Source: Lama guanicoe (lineage: Eukaryota). From it: 64,000 nucleotides of DNA. The position numbers and the translations under genes were made by a program. Under the pieces are notes generated by a model, which had not been told where the DNA came from, did no database searches, and worked only from the letters and a program-made list of their open reading frames with translations. Each line of letters starts with the position of its first letter. Position 1 is the stretch's first letter. Below, piece by piece: positions 38,011-52,050 of the stretch. Location of the stretch: contig MU054323.1 of the NCBI GenBank assembly GCA_013239625.1, positions 15,380,029 through 15,444,028 of the forward strand, written 5' to 3'.

Positions 38011-41000
38011 TAGTGTTGATGTCATCACCAAGCCCCCCAAACTGAGTATCCAGTGCCTCAGGGCTTCGCGTCTGGTAGGTGTAGAGGTTTGATTACTGCA
38101 CAGAGGAAACTCCAGTGTTGTGGGAATCGTGCAGATGTATTTTTCAAATGTTAAAATTGCTTAATCTTTCTGAGGTCTCATTGTATTTGCTTATGTGGTC
38201 TATTTCACGTGAATCTTAGGGATTTAATCATTGCTGTGTAAATCATAGTCCTCCCAAGCGATTAATATTCATTTCTTGACATACCCTAAGGCAGGAATCC
38301 TTTTCATTGCTCCCTTATCTTCATTTGCTTCTAGGAGGAGAGTTCCAGGATGAATTTCAAGGACTTGATGCCTTAAAAAAAATCCACGTTATCAGACAGG
38401 CCTTGTGTTGCATGAAGTTTCTTAATAGGCCACAGTCGTCTCTAATTCTCATTTCTAACGCTCCCTTCCACATAAACATATAGTAGCAATGTGAATTTTA
38501 ATGATGAAAAAAAGATCTGGGCATATACATTGAACTTTGACTTTACAATGAACTTGGGCACATAAAAATCGTGTTCACTGAGTATTACTGGCAAATTATA
38601 CTTTGTTGCCGGCACCAGATAGCAGGAGCTCCACAGAGCGTGCAGGGATCAGTAAGATCAAACAGAGAGATAAACTTGCTTCATGGAAAAATGTGAAGGT
38701 TTGGGAGTATTGGAGTTAGTGGCAAGGATCAGTTAGAAACGTAATTTTGGAATTAAACTTGATCACTCTTTCACTTCTTATCATCTTCTACTTGGTTTAC
38801 TTTGAAGAATTCAGATAAATTACTGAGGTGAGGTTCACAGCCGTGCCCAAGCTGATTTGCAAAGACATTTCTTTCAAAACAATTGCTGACTGATTTCACT
38901 AATTCATTATCCTGAAAAGATTCCTTAATGCTACTTACAGATCATTACACCTTTTAGAAATCATTACTTACGCCTCAGGAGTATTGCTTAATGTGGAGGC
39001 ATTGCCGCCTTTGCAAGGAAACCCTTGCTTCCTAGATGTTAGAATAGTGGACTTCGTGTTTATGTTGTCGGGTTTTCTGTTCTTCGGCCGTTTCCAGAGG
39101 TGCTCCTGCAACTCTTTTTGTCTTGGAAGAGAGGGTGTCAGAGAGGCTGTGCCTGCCCCTTAGGTGACAACCGTCAGCCCTGGGTCTCCAGTTTCTCCAG
39201 CGTGAGATGGAAAATAGCGGTGCCCCCTCCCCCACTGTCTTTTCCCTGGTACTCAGGTTCCCTGGACTCACTTGAACTTGAAATTTGGCCCAACCCTTTG
39301 ACGGCCTTACTTCCCTGTTTCTTCAGTCCCTCCCGTCGCCTGCTTGATGCTCTAGTCTTTGTGGAATTCAGACCTGGTTGCTAACTTTTCTCCTCAGCTA
39401 AATGTGTAAGTCCACAAAAAACACCTGGTGGGGTCCCTGACTCTGGAAATGTTAGCAGTTATCAGATTTGTCTTGGGGGGTGAAATGTGCTTCATTACCT
39501 ATGCTAACTGTTCAGCTACTATAATGACAAATTTATGTCCTTTATAGTGCTTATTTTCAGAATACCACATTCATTTTGTTGTTGTTTGAAATTCTGGCCA
39601 CATTTCTTCTTTTCCCTGGAGTGGTTCACTCTTTTGGATGAGTACAGTCAAGAAAAAAGGCATTCCCGTGTCTGGTCTTCTGTTTGACACTTGGTCATTT
39701 GACTAACAGATTTTAGGTTAGACCAGATATTAATATTTATAAAGTGGGACTGTGCATTATTCATATCCACAAGTACCTTTCTGGCAGGAGACATTAACTT
39801 GTGTCACATTATCTAATTATGGACATGATAGACGAAAGTGGTAGGGAGGGAGATAATAGAGTTTATTATTTAAGTTATTATTTATTTATCCAACATGGCT
39901 GGGGAGTGTTACATTCATTCACTCACTTGACACGTCATAAATATTTATTGATATATGGAAGGGTTGGTTAATACCATGTTGAGGTTAAAAGAAGACTTGA
40001 GTTAGTATTAATATTTCGCAAGTAGGAAGACTGAGATCGAAAGATGTTTCTCTGTTATTTCTGAATAATTGACTTTCTTCCCCTTCCACCAGACTTACTT
40101 TCCAGAGAAGTTTGGCACTTTCAGATTCAGATTACTGTGTTTAAATTCAGGTGCTCTTGTGTTCTAACCCGTTTCTGTTTATTCCTTCTGCAGACGTCTG
40201 TTTCACTAAAACTGCTAAGACAGCCCAATGAGAAAAAAGAGCACACTTTCTGGTAGACATTAGATGAGCAATTTCATTATACCGCCATAAGTGAAAGAAT
40301 TTTAATGGATATATAGCAGAAGTCTTACAGAGGAGATAGTACTTAATTCAGTCCCTGTAGAGTAGATAAAACCTGGAGAAAGTATTAAAGACCAAGTAAG
40401 AGCTTTCAAAGCAGGTAAAGAGAAGCAGCTTTCTAGCCAGAGAGAACAGCTTGTGCAGAGCCATGGGGTCATGAACACTGTGGGTCACCCAGGGAGCACG
40501 TCATTAGGAGGTGTTGCTGGAGTAAGTGGTGGGGAGCGGAGGGGGTGCGGGTGCAGAAGTGGGCTGGGGTCAGATCGAAACAGGCTTTGGGTTCTGTGCC
40601 AAAGGCTTGAATAGCCAGATGTTGAGCTCTATTTGGAGACTGTTGCTTCCCAGCTTCACATCCTTAAGAGTTTGATGGGGCTGTTCTTAAAACACTCTCA
40701 GTGGGTGTTACACTAAGGTGCCTCTATAGAATAAAACACTGTGAGCGGGTACCTAAGGGATGGCGAGTCATCTGGCTTAATTCAGGGATGGCTTTTTAGA
40801 GAATCTAGATGAAGAGGAAATGTGAAACATAAAGGTACTTCTCCAAGATAATTTTTCCCTCGACTAAGATATATTAATTTTTCAGCAGCAGTACATTTGG
40901 TAACTTAAACTAGTATTCTTTGGAGCTGGTTAAACAAGGAGTTACATGTTCTAGTGGACATTCAAGCTCAGAGGAGGCTGTGTGTCTAATAATGACATGT

Positions 41001-41370
41001 GCCTGATTAGAAGGCCAGTCCAGCACCTCACAAACATGGGCCAGGGAGAAAGCCTGAGATTATTCGTGAGACATACTGGGGTTCAGGCTCAAAGCAGAGG
41101 AAGATGTAAGAGGGGTGAGTTCTGCACCGTTAGGTACAGTCAAACTAGTTGTCACTAGGGAAGAATTTCCATGAAGAGTCATCTGTCTTGTTTTAGATTA
41201 TTTTTAAAAATTTTCAGAAACGTAACTGTTTAATGTCTAACTTTGAGTAACTTCCTGTGAAAACTGCCAAAGAGAAACTGATTGAAAAATATATGTCCAA
41301 GTGCCTGGATGAGTTGACATGCTTTATGGGACTGTTCATCATAAGCCATTTATGAGATGTCTTAATAATC

Positions 41371-41690
41371 TTTTTGAAGAACCAGTTTTTATTATGTTAA
41401 TCACCTCTGTTGCTTTTATCTCTATTGCACTGATTTTTTTTCCTCTGTATATTTATTATCCCCATCTTTCTTGTTTCTTTGGGCTTGCTTTGTTGTGCTT
41501 TTTCTAATTTCGTTTAAATGCTTAGCTCATTTGTTTTTTTACCTTTCTTACTTCCTGTGAAATTTCTCTTTAAACACAGCCTTAGCTGTCTCCCATCAGT
41601 GTTAACAGGTGACATTTCTGTTCTTCATTTTTAAATATTTGGTTAATTTTCCTATAATCCCCTTCCATTAAAAAAAATTTATCAAAGGAA
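41371..41690 (-). mobile_element. Old LINE-1 (L1M) internal fragment, antisense
   Basis: T-rich tttgaagaaccagtttt...aaatttctctttaaacacagccttagctgtctcccatca resembles degenerate antisense L1 ORF2. Confidence 0.6.
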
Positions 41691-42044
41691 TTTCCAAATA
41701 TATATGAAGGAGAGGCAGTTGTGCTTCACCAGCTGTCAGTTCATGGCTGGTCCTGTTTTAATCTGTTGAGAACTCAGCCAGGAAATCGACTAGAATTGGA
41801 AGTGCTAGGAAGGCCCTGCAAAGTGGTATCTGTTACATTGAAAGCACTCTTGGCTGGCTTGCCTTACTGTGCATCGCTACTGTTTTCCAAACCTCAGACT
41901 GGCCTGTTAAGTGGGAAATTATTTTAAATTTAAATTATGACCACCATAAACATGTGATTCTCTGACACTGTGCCCGATAAATTATTAACGTTGTACAATT
42001 TCAACAAAGATGCCAGAATCAAGGAAACACGAGGATGAAGTCTA

Positions 42045-42165
42045 AAGAGACCTCACAAATTACCCATTCCACCTCCATTTTAGTAATGAAATAAATTGGA
42101 GCCCAGAGGGCTGAGTGCCTTGCTCAAGGTCACTCTAGTGACAGAGCTGAGATTGTGGTCTCCTG
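42045..42165 (-). mobile_element. MIR fragment
   Basis: ccattttagtaatgaaataaattggagcccagagggctgagtgccttgctcaaggtcac is the reverse complement of the MIR core. Confidence 0.6.
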
Positions 42166-44858
42166 GGCCAGGACCTCTCCGTGGGGAGATACAGACCTCT
42201 GGGCTTTCTGCTTTTGTGTGTGTGCAGCTGAGGGTAGATAGTTCCTAATTCAGGCAGAACTGTGAAACCAGAGAGTAGTGTCCTGTAGTCCCAGTCTCTC
42301 CTTTCCTTGTTTTGTTTCATGAATTTCTTGCTTCTGGAGACATAGTTTTGTCTTTTAAGCTCTTCTCTGTCCCCACCAGCTTCCTGTTACCAAAAAGGAA
42401 ATTATCCTTCCCTTACATAATCTTTTCCTCTGTTTCAGGATTCCTAGGAACATTTTATTCACATATTTGGTATGATTTTGATTAGAGTGGTGCGAAATTG
42501 TACTGTAAACACCTCTTTTCTAGCGTTTTAAATCCTTAGCGCCTTGTTCAGTTTTTGCTGTATGATAGGTATCAGTATCTGTTTGAGGAATGAATGATTG
42601 GAAAGAAAGGATGAATGAAAATGAATGACTTCACGTTCTACAGTTCCCCTCTGGCCCCTCCTGTTGTATTGCTGAAGTGTCTGACGAAAGCGCATGTTCC
42701 ATTGCTGTGACTTATCATTCATACATGTTTTACTGTAAATTAGTTTGGTAAGTTGGATCAGTACTGTGTTTTTTTTTTTTAAAGACTTCCCCACTTGAAC
42801 ATAATATGAATCAGTGGCCATGTTTCTTATGTATTTAGGAGGTTGCATTGGTTTAAGAGTCTTTAAAAATTTTGTGTGTGCGTATTTTAGTATTTCCATT
42901 GTTTTAGATTCAGGCTTTGCCTCTGGTACATAGTTACATATGCCTAACATGTTTCACTGTGTGGAAATGCCTATAAAACAAATTTTTATAACATGAATCG
43001 TTTCTACTGATAACTATCATTTTGCCCTCCGTGCTTTGCACTGATGATAGCACAAGAAAGAGAGGGAGAGGGAAGCACCAGGTTTTGGAATATCTGCCTT
43101 AAACTGCAAGTGGAGAGAATGAAAGCCCACTGCATTAGATTCCTCCTTGAGCACAGCTGAATGTCTGATAACAGCCAGCCAGGAGCTGGGGGAGTTAAGA
43201 GCAGCAATTGTACATTATACAGGAGTTTCTAGGCTGGCATGGGAAGAGATGCCAATATTAGCTATTTGCATCTTACTGTAGCCACAGGGATATGTGAACA
43301 GCTGGAGAATTAATTTGATATATATTCCCAGAAGCCTCTCTCCTGCCAACAGAATTCCATTACTGCGAGCTTCTGAGTGTGTACCATGAATTTGCGCCTT
43401 GCTTTTTAATATCTACTGTAGCATATTTCTGGTAAATGGAATGCCACATAATGGGGTGCAGCCATATCTTGGTTTGGAGTAAACTCCATTACTCTAAGCT
43501 GATAAAAGGTAGAAAAGGTAAGGCTCTGAGTCTACAAATGCCTTCTGCCTGCAGGAAGTTGGAGATTTCAGATGAACACACAGTACTTTGTCCAATAAGT
43601 GCAGTCATACCTGAAACATTTTATCCCATGTTAGTGGAATTTCAGACACCAGCATGCAGACGGAAAGATATTTGGAGGGGCGGAGAGATGGAGTCTAGAA
43701 CCAGTTAGGGTTGCCGTGGCTGGTTCCTCCAGCTCCTGGGCACGGGGTGTGTGTCGGGGGGTGAGTGCAGCCCCCAGGGCCACTGCTTTCCAGGTCTGGA
43801 GTTGCATGTATCTCTGTACATCTTCCAAGACTCCTTTCACATCCTTTCCCCCAAGCCCCCACTCCTACCCTCACAATCACTACTCTTTTCTCATTAGCCT
43901 TTACACTTAGAATCTGTTAAATCAACTGTGGAAAGAAGGAATTTCAGGCACCATCAAGAATATTGAAAAGTAGTCTGGAGCAGAAAGACCAAGTCCAGGA
44001 TGAGACTGAAGGTGCCTATTGGAAGTACAGGTGTTTCAGTGTTTTTGCTTTAGTACCATATGTACACTCTTAAAAGAAAAAAAAATTCTGCAAAACCATT
44101 CACTGCACTAAAAATAAGAGAGTTGTTGGAAAAAAGAGGGAAGGGATAGGTCACTTAAAACCTGTGAAACTGTGTACCCAGAGGATAATATAAATAATAA
44201 GAATCTAAATAAAAACCCTGACCCAGGTAAGCTGCCCATAACATTTGCACCTGGAGCCGGGGCAGCCCGTCCTTGCAGCGTTGCACACTCCTGAGCTCAT
44301 GCTGCTTGCTTCTGGGCGTGGGGCCTTGGAGACATTTACTTTTAATGGAGGCTAGTTTCATCAGAATTGAACATAAGATCCAGGGGAAGCTTCTTCATCA
44401 TGATTTTTAAACACAGGGGAGAATATGTGTCTCTAGCCTTTTTATTTGTACATGTAGCCTCCTCGGATAGTTAAATGTAGTGGCAAGTGTAGCCATTAGA
44501 GCAACTGTTTCTTGCACTAAAGGAAGGAATTTAAACAAGATTACAAGCCTTTTTTAAGGTGTTTATTTAATTGTGAAGACTTTGCCTTTTAGTGTGAGAA
44601 AGCTTGTTCCTGATCTTTTCATAACATTAATCTTCTGGGAAGAAAAATCCCATATGAACCAACACACCTTCTGCATTATAGTCACATCATTTTTTTTCAA
44701 AGTATGTATTAACTAAAATGACATTAAAGAAATACGTGTTTTTATGGTTCAGTGATAACTGTTAGGAGACGAGGTCCTCAGTGTCCTTTTATTGCTTCTC
44801 AGACGTGGGTCCTGTGCTGTCTTGGCCCAGGTGTACCAGTAAGACATGCTCTCTAGAA

Positions 44859-45260
44859 CAGCAGTTCTGAGTGTGGGCCACAGGTAGTGTACAAGGTCAA
44901 AATTATTTTCACAGTAATATTAACATGTTATTTGCTTTTATTCTGTGTTGACGTTTACACTGGTGGCGCAGAAGCAGTGCTGGTAAAACTGCTGGCATCT
45001 TCACGTGAGAAGCAGCTTTGGCCCCAAACTGTGCTAGTCAGTCACCACTATGCGCTTGCAGGGAAGTAAATACTAGTAACCAAATAACAAACCAAATAAA
45101 TCAGTTTCCCTTAAAAATGCCCCGAAGCAGTGTAAGTTATTAATTTTATTTAATTTCAACCCTTGATTACACATCTTACTCCCTGAAAAGGGCAGTATGC
45201 ACAAAGTAATCCTGCTCCTTCCTGAAATACCTCAGTTGTCTTCAGGTAAAGCATCGTATT
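44859..45260. mobile_element. hAT-Charlie DNA transposon fragment (Charlie1-like)
   Basis: aaggtcaaaattattttcacagtaatattaacatgttatttgc...ttgacgtttacactggtggcgcagaagcagtgctggtaaaactgctggc...cagtttcccttaaaaatg. Confidence 0.6.
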
Positions 45261-46589
45261 TCCAGATGTTTTCTAAACACCGCAGTGGAACTGTTAGGTT
45301 TGCAGTTATAACTGACGCTTCTTTACTGGAGTACTCACATTTTGGACATATTTGAACATACATGCATTTTAATTTATCCATGGAATTGCTAGATTTCTCT
45401 CATTTCGTATTTGGAGAAAATCACATTAGGATTTGGTACTTTGCGGAAGTTACCTCTGCAAATGTATTTTTAAGTTTGTGTCTCAGTTATCTTGACCTTT
45501 CAGGCTTCTTGTCACATGGAGAGGACCAGGAAAAAGACTACTTGATATAAATAGTTAAAGGGCAGTACTCCTGTTTCTAACTCCTTTTTTTTTTCAAACC
45601 CACTGATCAGTCCAAGGAGAAATCAGGAACTATGTCAGAATCAGAACCTTGATCTTTGTGCTGTATGTGTGGATTTACTTAGGAAAAGAGATTTTAAAAC
45701 ATCAGATTTGCCAAGTGCTGTCAGCAGCACTGTTGGGCTCAGATTTGGTTTCCATATAATCAAACCTCACTAAATTTTTTGCTTTCAATCCCTGTTGGTT
45801 GGCTGTTAAATTATTTTAAAGTATAATGTTCTGTAATAGAAAAACATAAAAGCATTTGTCTCAGAAGCATGTTGTACTTGATCTTATAAAGCAGTGGTTG
45901 CTAAGGGAACTGTTTGCCAAGAAGAAAAGCAAAGTATTGATTAGGATGGAGGCAGAGAACTGAAAAGGCTTTCTCTCAGAGAAGGAAGTAAAAGCACTTA
46001 AGTCATTTTTGGCATCAGAGTCGGATGGCTTCGGACTGGACACAGTGGCGGTGTCACTTCCCGAGGGGATGGGCAGGCTTACCTGTGCGTCACCAGGTGC
46101 AGCCTGGCACTGCTGCCTTTCTGCTGAGAGCAGGGAGGAGCCGGGAAGAGCATTAAGGACAGTTGCCTTTGAATTCTGATTCCACACTCAGGGAAAATGG
46201 TCTTGCTCCGGGGAGGTGGTGAAAAGCACCTGGCCGTGAAAACAAATTGGCTCTGAGACGAACTCCTTGGAAGGGCTGTTGATGCCAGCCAGGTGATAAG
46301 AGGCCGAGGTCTAGAGCTGAGCTGGGAAGGAGAGTAATGACAGATGATGCCTGGAGAGAAAGGTGCCAGAGGATGGCCGAGCATCTCTTCAGAATTCATG
46401 CCTCATTAACATTCCACTAATGAGCTTTTTAAGATGAGATTTTTATTGTGTAAACATGTTCATTATATTGAAATTTAGTTTTCTTTGTGTTTTTTTATGT
46501 ATACATTTTTTGACAAGATACTTTCTATTAAAAATAAAAACCATAGCCAGCAGCATGGACCATACCAGTGACATAAAATGTATATATAG

Positions 46590-47215
46590 TTATTAAATGC
46601 TGTACTAAATCCCAGGGTGAGGGGGATACAAAGTTGGATAAGACCTGGCTCCTGCCCATGAGGACTTTGTTTAATGGGGAAGTTTGACATACCTAAAAGC
46701 GTTACCAGAAAGGACAAAAGATGTGTGTGGGTGTTTGTAGGAGCATAGAGGATACAGCAGCTCAGGGTTGGAGAAGATGTCTGAAAAGAGGTAACCTTTG
46801 AATTGGATCTTGAAGGATGAATAGGAGTCATCAGAGGAAGGAGAGGAGGAGGTGTGGGAGAGGAGGAGGTGTTCTAGGCAGATGGTTCTCCATGAACAAA
46901 GGCATGGGAGCATTTATTGAGGGTTTGTAGTGAGAATCTCAGTGTGCTTCTTAAAGCATTGGGATGTGTGAGGGATTGTTGCATGAGTCTGCACAGGTAG
47001 GCACAAGCTATTATTGTGAGGAACCTTCTGTTCTACAGTTTGGACTTTTCTGGTTGGCAAGAGAGACTGAGCAGGTTTGTCCTTTGAGGAAGAGGACTGA
47101 TGACAGTGTGGGGAGTGGGGCGGTGCAGGGTGAGAGCAGTGGCAGGGAGACAGGTTGGAGAATGCTGCTGCGATTCAGGAGTGATGTCTTCAGGGAGTTC
47201 CAGTTATAATGGAAG
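46590..47215 (-). mobile_element. LINE-2 fragment, antisense
   Basis: gatacaaagttggataagacctggctcctgccc...tttgaattggatcttgaaggatgaataggagt...ggcagggagacaggttggagaatgctg. Confidence 0.65.
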
Positions 47216-49097
47216 AAAGGGATGTTTATTGTGGGAAAAAATCTTCATCCAAATCACTCAATTTGGTAATAGATGACCTGCACATATTTACAAAGAGATT
47301 TCTTCTCAGAATATGGGACGAGAAAGAGGAGAAATAGAATTTTTCAGTGGTTCAAATTTACTTTTTTTTTTACTAGTTTTTAAGTTCCTAGGGTTAAACT
47401 CACTTTGAATTACAAATCTGAATATACAGTCACAAAAATTCCTTCGTGTTAAATTTCACTGAACTGGATTAGGCTGGTTGTACTGATAGCAGGTCAATAA
47501 TTAAATACAGAGATAAGAAATCCTTTGCATGTGCCTTTTTGTCATGTTCTGTAACTAAAGACTAAATCATCACTTATTTTACCATGTTGAGTTGTTTCAG
47601 TATATTCTGATTTTCCTTTCGAAGTAGTTTAGTAATTTCATTGTCATCTTGAAGACAGGAATGTTCTGTCATGTATGTACATGTTATATACCTGTTATTT
47701 CTAAAGACCAAACACAGGCTAAATAGGAAAACAAACTTTATAGCAGATAACTGGTGTTTTTGTTTAAACTTCTAAAATTGTTTTACTAAGAACTGAAGCT
47801 TTGATTAAATAAGAGAGCCTGATCTGAAATCAAAACACAGGAGGTTTGCTATTCTCCTTTTTCAAAGAATCGCCCTGAAACTCTATTTTGTAAGTGACTT
47901 TCTTCTAAAGACCCCTTGACAAGAAAATTATTTATTTTGGTGAAAGAGAACAGTCTTTCCCTGATCTAGGCAGTAAGTTGGTGTCACTGGAAGGAAAAGT
48001 TAGCCTTATGAAAATCATAGCCATTTGTTTGCACTGTCTTCTGTGAAAATACATTCTTTAGATGGTTTTATTCCTGCCTTACTTTGAGCAGCAGGTTTAA
48101 GTATCTTAAACTCAAGCACTTAAAAAAATTCTCTCCAGATATGGTTTATCAGAAACATGTTTACTATTTAATAGTTGGTACCCGTTAAAGTGTGATAAAG
48201 TATCTGTTAAGATAATGTTAAGAGGAAGAAAAACCCATATAACATCCCAGAGGCTCATAGAGAAATAGTCCGGCTTCCTACAAGAGGTGTTTCAGCTATG
48301 AGGAATATTAGTAAGGTTTGAGTCTGCCTCTGGTTCTGTCCTGTTTGCTTCATTTGTCTGAACTGGGTCCCATGAAAGTTGGTTTTAAAATCTACTTTAT
48401 TTCTTATAGTCAGCTCCATTCCATGACACAGGACGCTGATTGGGTCTCAGCTTCAGAACTGGACGACCTCCACCTCTCGCTAGGCTGTAGCTCTTCTTTC
48501 TGTTTGTTGTTTCCAGCTTTGGCTGCGGGCAGTAACAGACATGTGCATCTGTGCTGAAGGGCCCTGGAGGGCGCCTCCTCTCTTGTGCCCCACCCCTGAC
48601 TTTGGGGTGGTCTGTTCACGTTTGTCAGCCCCACTTGGTGTAGGAAGTTGCAGAGCTGCTTTAAACCTGAAGCTGGTCTCTACCAGCTAGAGTGGAAAAA
48701 CCATGGGGTTTTTGGAATAATTTTGTAGATTGACGGATGCAACTCCTATAGTTTTACTGAACTTGGGAAAGTCCTGGAATCTTTGCTTAAAATTAAAACC
48801 TGTAAAGGAATCTGAATTATTACTATAATAACACGTCAGAGAAGTAGTGGTTTTTGATTACAGATGTCTGCATAAATAGCTATTTAATGTTGGCGTGCAT
48901 GGCTGTATGTCAGTCTTCCCATTTATTAGGAGGTTGGGTTTCATTCATTTGTAAAATTGCGGCCACACCGCCTTTCTGTAAATTGAGGTGTCAGAATCAG
49001 ATGTTCATCTTAACATCCTTACGCATTTTTGCTTTGGAACAGGTCTTTGAATAAAGCTAACAAAGCAAACATTATGTGGTTGTTAATTGTTTTACAG

Positions 49098-49271
49098 ATG
49101 AGAACTGGGATGATGACCAACTGCTTGGTTTTGAACCATGCAATGAAAACCTTGTCTCTGGCTGCAATATAATCAATGGGAAATGTGAGTGTGACACCAT
49201 TCGAACCTGTAACAATCCCTTTGAATTTCCACGGAAGGATATGTGCCTTTCAGCTTTGAAGAGGATTGAAG
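49098..49271 (+). CDS. CRIM1: CRIM1 coding exon 2, 174 nt, phase 1-1
   Basis: The acceptor is ttgttttacag|AT and the donor is GAAG|gtaagt. Joined to exon 1 it reads DENWDDDQLLGFEPCNENLVSGCNIINGKCECDTIRTCNNPFEFPRKDMCLSALKRIE, matching the CRIM1 sequence that follows the IGFBP domain, with no frameshift or stop. Confidence 0.98.
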
Positions 49272-50187
49272 GTAAGTCCTGGTTTTCTCAGTCGTAAGCC
49301 TTAGCATTGTGCAACTCTGAGAAGTGATAATATTTGAGCTTGAAAAGGCAAGGACAAGCTTACAGAGATTGGTAGCTTTGACGATCCCAAACAAGATGCA
49401 GAACGTTGACCAGGTGCGATGGTGATGGTGTGTGCGTGTGCGTGCGTGCACACATGTGTGTTTCCTGAAAGCCGTGGAGTGGTGATACTGCGGTAGTATG
49501 GGCAGGGTCGTTTGTGCCAGCTTGCCTGGGTCACCTCTGCATAATGGATGATTGCACACGTGGCGTGCTTGAGATCAGCATCTGTTGTCACCACGTCTGT
49601 TCCGCTTGATTTACCGTGGGATGGTGCCCTGTGTGGAGGGTGCTAATTAGAATTGCAGCTCATCTGGCAGGAGTGCCTATCTCTTCAGAGGAGGTGGGAG
49701 AGTTCTGCAGTGACAATCAAAGGCTGAGGCTGGTTTTGCCACGGGGCAAAATCACATAGGTGATTGGGCGCATCCCCTCTGGAATGAAGTCAGGAATCAC
49801 ATTAAAATAACAAGAAAATTATATTAATGTGGCCCATACCTTTTGTACATTCATGCATAAAACCTAGAGAAGAGATTGAAGACTAGAAAATCTGATTCGT
49901 GTCTGCAGTAATCATGAGTGGCACACCTAGAGCTCGGTGCTGGGCCTCGCTGCCAGAATTAAGAGGGTGAGGTCTGGGTTTGAGTGTCAGCCTTGAGCTC
50001 TCTCTTAGCCCCAGGTTTCTTGGGTGAAAAAAAGAGGGCTGAACAAGGCATTCTTAAATATACCTTTTATCTCTGCATTGATACTGTTTTAAGGTGCAGA
50101 AGTTGGTAATAGAGTTTAGAATACCAGTGATTTTTGAAGTCCAGAATCAAGCTCATGAAGGTAGTAGAGCAGGGTTGAATGTTTTTG

Positions 50188-50450
50188 TTTCTTTGTTTTG
50201 TTTTTTAAATTTTTTTATTTTATTGAGTTATAGTCAGTTTACAATGTTGTGTCAATTTCTAGTGTACAGCACAGTCCTTCAGTCATACATGAACATACAT
50301 ATATTCATTTTCGTATTCTTTTTCACCATGAGCTACTACAAGATATTGAATATATTTCCCTGTGCTATACAGTATAAAGTTGTTTTTCTGTTTTATATAT
50401 ACCTGTCAGTATCTGCAAATCTCAAACTCCCAGTTTATCCCTTCTCACCC
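50188..50450 (-). mobile_element. 5'-truncated LINE-1 3' UTR (laurasiatherian/camelid type), antisense to CRIM1
   Basis: T-rich tail followed by ttattgagttatagtcagtttacaatgttgtgtcaatttctagtgtacagc...ccctgtgctatacagta, typical of an L1 3' end; imperfect TSD agggttgaatgtttttg (50171-50187) / aggattgaagtttttg (50451-50466). Confidence 0.85.
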
Positions 50451-51499
50451 AGGATTGAAGTTTTTGAATTAAGTTTCCAAGACGTTTTAAATGATAGTGA
50501 AGAATAAGAAATGTACAGTAGCCTCTAAAATAGCATTTCTTTTTGGGCTTACTAATGCTGCTGAATCACTGAAAGAGAGCATGGTAGAAAACAATAGAAA
50601 TAAAAAATTTAAAACCACAGAGAGTCTTAGATAATACTGAGTCTAGATGAAGAGGTCACATGTCTACTTAATTAATTATTCATGCATATTTAAAATCACA
50701 TCATATATGATAATACAGCAGCTTAGATGACTACTTTTTGCTGTTTTTTTACATTTCATGAAACTGTTTTATTCACATGTTTCAAAAGCATCATGATCGC
50801 CGTCACTGTCTTTGCTGGCGCTGCCTCCCCTGGTTTAAAACCCTTTCCTGAGCACTGCCATCCAAGTCATTGGAGATGCAGCTGATTTTGAATCCAGGTT
50901 ATCACAAGAAGTTTTGTTCTACAGCAGGTTGTCTTTTCGCGTAATACTAGGACAGTTGCATTTTTAATTAGTGAGGTGTATATTTACGATCTTTGCAATG
51001 TGGAGATTCACTGCATTGATTTTTTTTAGAGTGTGTCTAAAAAGGCTGTTTAGGAGATCCGGCACTTCCAATTTTGAGACCATTCCCTCAGGAATCATCG
51101 CTGAAGCTGATTAAATTTCTTTACCCCATCCTCCCCCTCTTTTTTTCACAGATTACTGTCAGATGGCCTCTATATAATCCGAAAGTAGAATCGGTTGAGG
51201 TCATTTAAGGTTAATGTATCTTCCACAAATAGCAGTTTGTTTTTCAAAATAAAGCATGCTGCAATATTTGAGGTCTTGTAAGATGTCCGTATTGAGGGAT
51301 TTCCCTTTCCTGAGAAGCCATTTTGAAGGAAAAGCTCTCTGTGTATTCAAGTATATATTGCAAATGAAAGAGTGATGATACATCACTGTGTGATTAAACC
51401 ATTAAGAGCACTGCAGACTTGGAATGCTGTAGGAATTTAGGGACAAAGAATGTGACCTGGAATTATAGGATAAGGTATTGTGGAGGGGGTGGGGTCTGA

Positions 51500-52050
51500 A
51501 CAACTTATAATTTGAATGGTAATGGGTTCCAGGAAGGAGAATGATCTGGACAAAAGATTAAAATGTAGAAGTGAGATTTGCATGTCTTGTATGTGAGACA
51601 CTGGGAAAATAAGTCTAAAAGAGCAAGATTTTATGTTAATAGGTAATAGGAAATAAAGGCGGGGAGGCAGGGCGTCTTGAGCCTGGAGCAGGGAGCTCAG
51701 GCCTGGTGATCTGAGCTGTCAAGAATCAGTGTAGGTTTATGAGCAGAGAGCAGCAGAGCGTGGCGAAATCAGTGTTAAGTAGACCAGGGGTATGGAAGGA
51801 ATTAGCAAGGGGAGAGACTGCGGTCAGGAGGCTCCTTGGAGAGCTGTTTCTGTTACTTAGATGTGGTGCCACAAGAGACTGGGCTGGGGGCCGCGGGGAA
51901 AGAGCAGGGAAGAGATGGATACACACTGTTTTAATGGAAGAACGTGCAGATAACAGATAAGGGGCAGATGAAAACACACAAAGATGCTAGGGTTCCTAAC
52001 CTGAAATAGTAGGAGAATGATAGTACAAGTAACAGAAATGTGAAAACTCC
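51500..52050 (-). mobile_element. Degenerate LINE-2 fragment, antisense
   Basis: Purine-rich tract with gcaagggggagagactgcggtcaggaggct...gagagcagggaagagatggatacacact; edges uncertain. Confidence 0.45.

Larger units (their letters stand above)
11485..49097 (+). other. CRIM1: CRIM1 intron 1 (37,613 nt, GT-AG)
   Basis: Bounded by gt at 11485 and ag at 49096-49097; the phase is compatible with exons 1 and 2. Confidence 0.95.

Noticed and set aside
50094..50507. 137-aa hydrophobic ORF
   Set aside because: It is the antisense reading of a T-rich L1 3' UTR.
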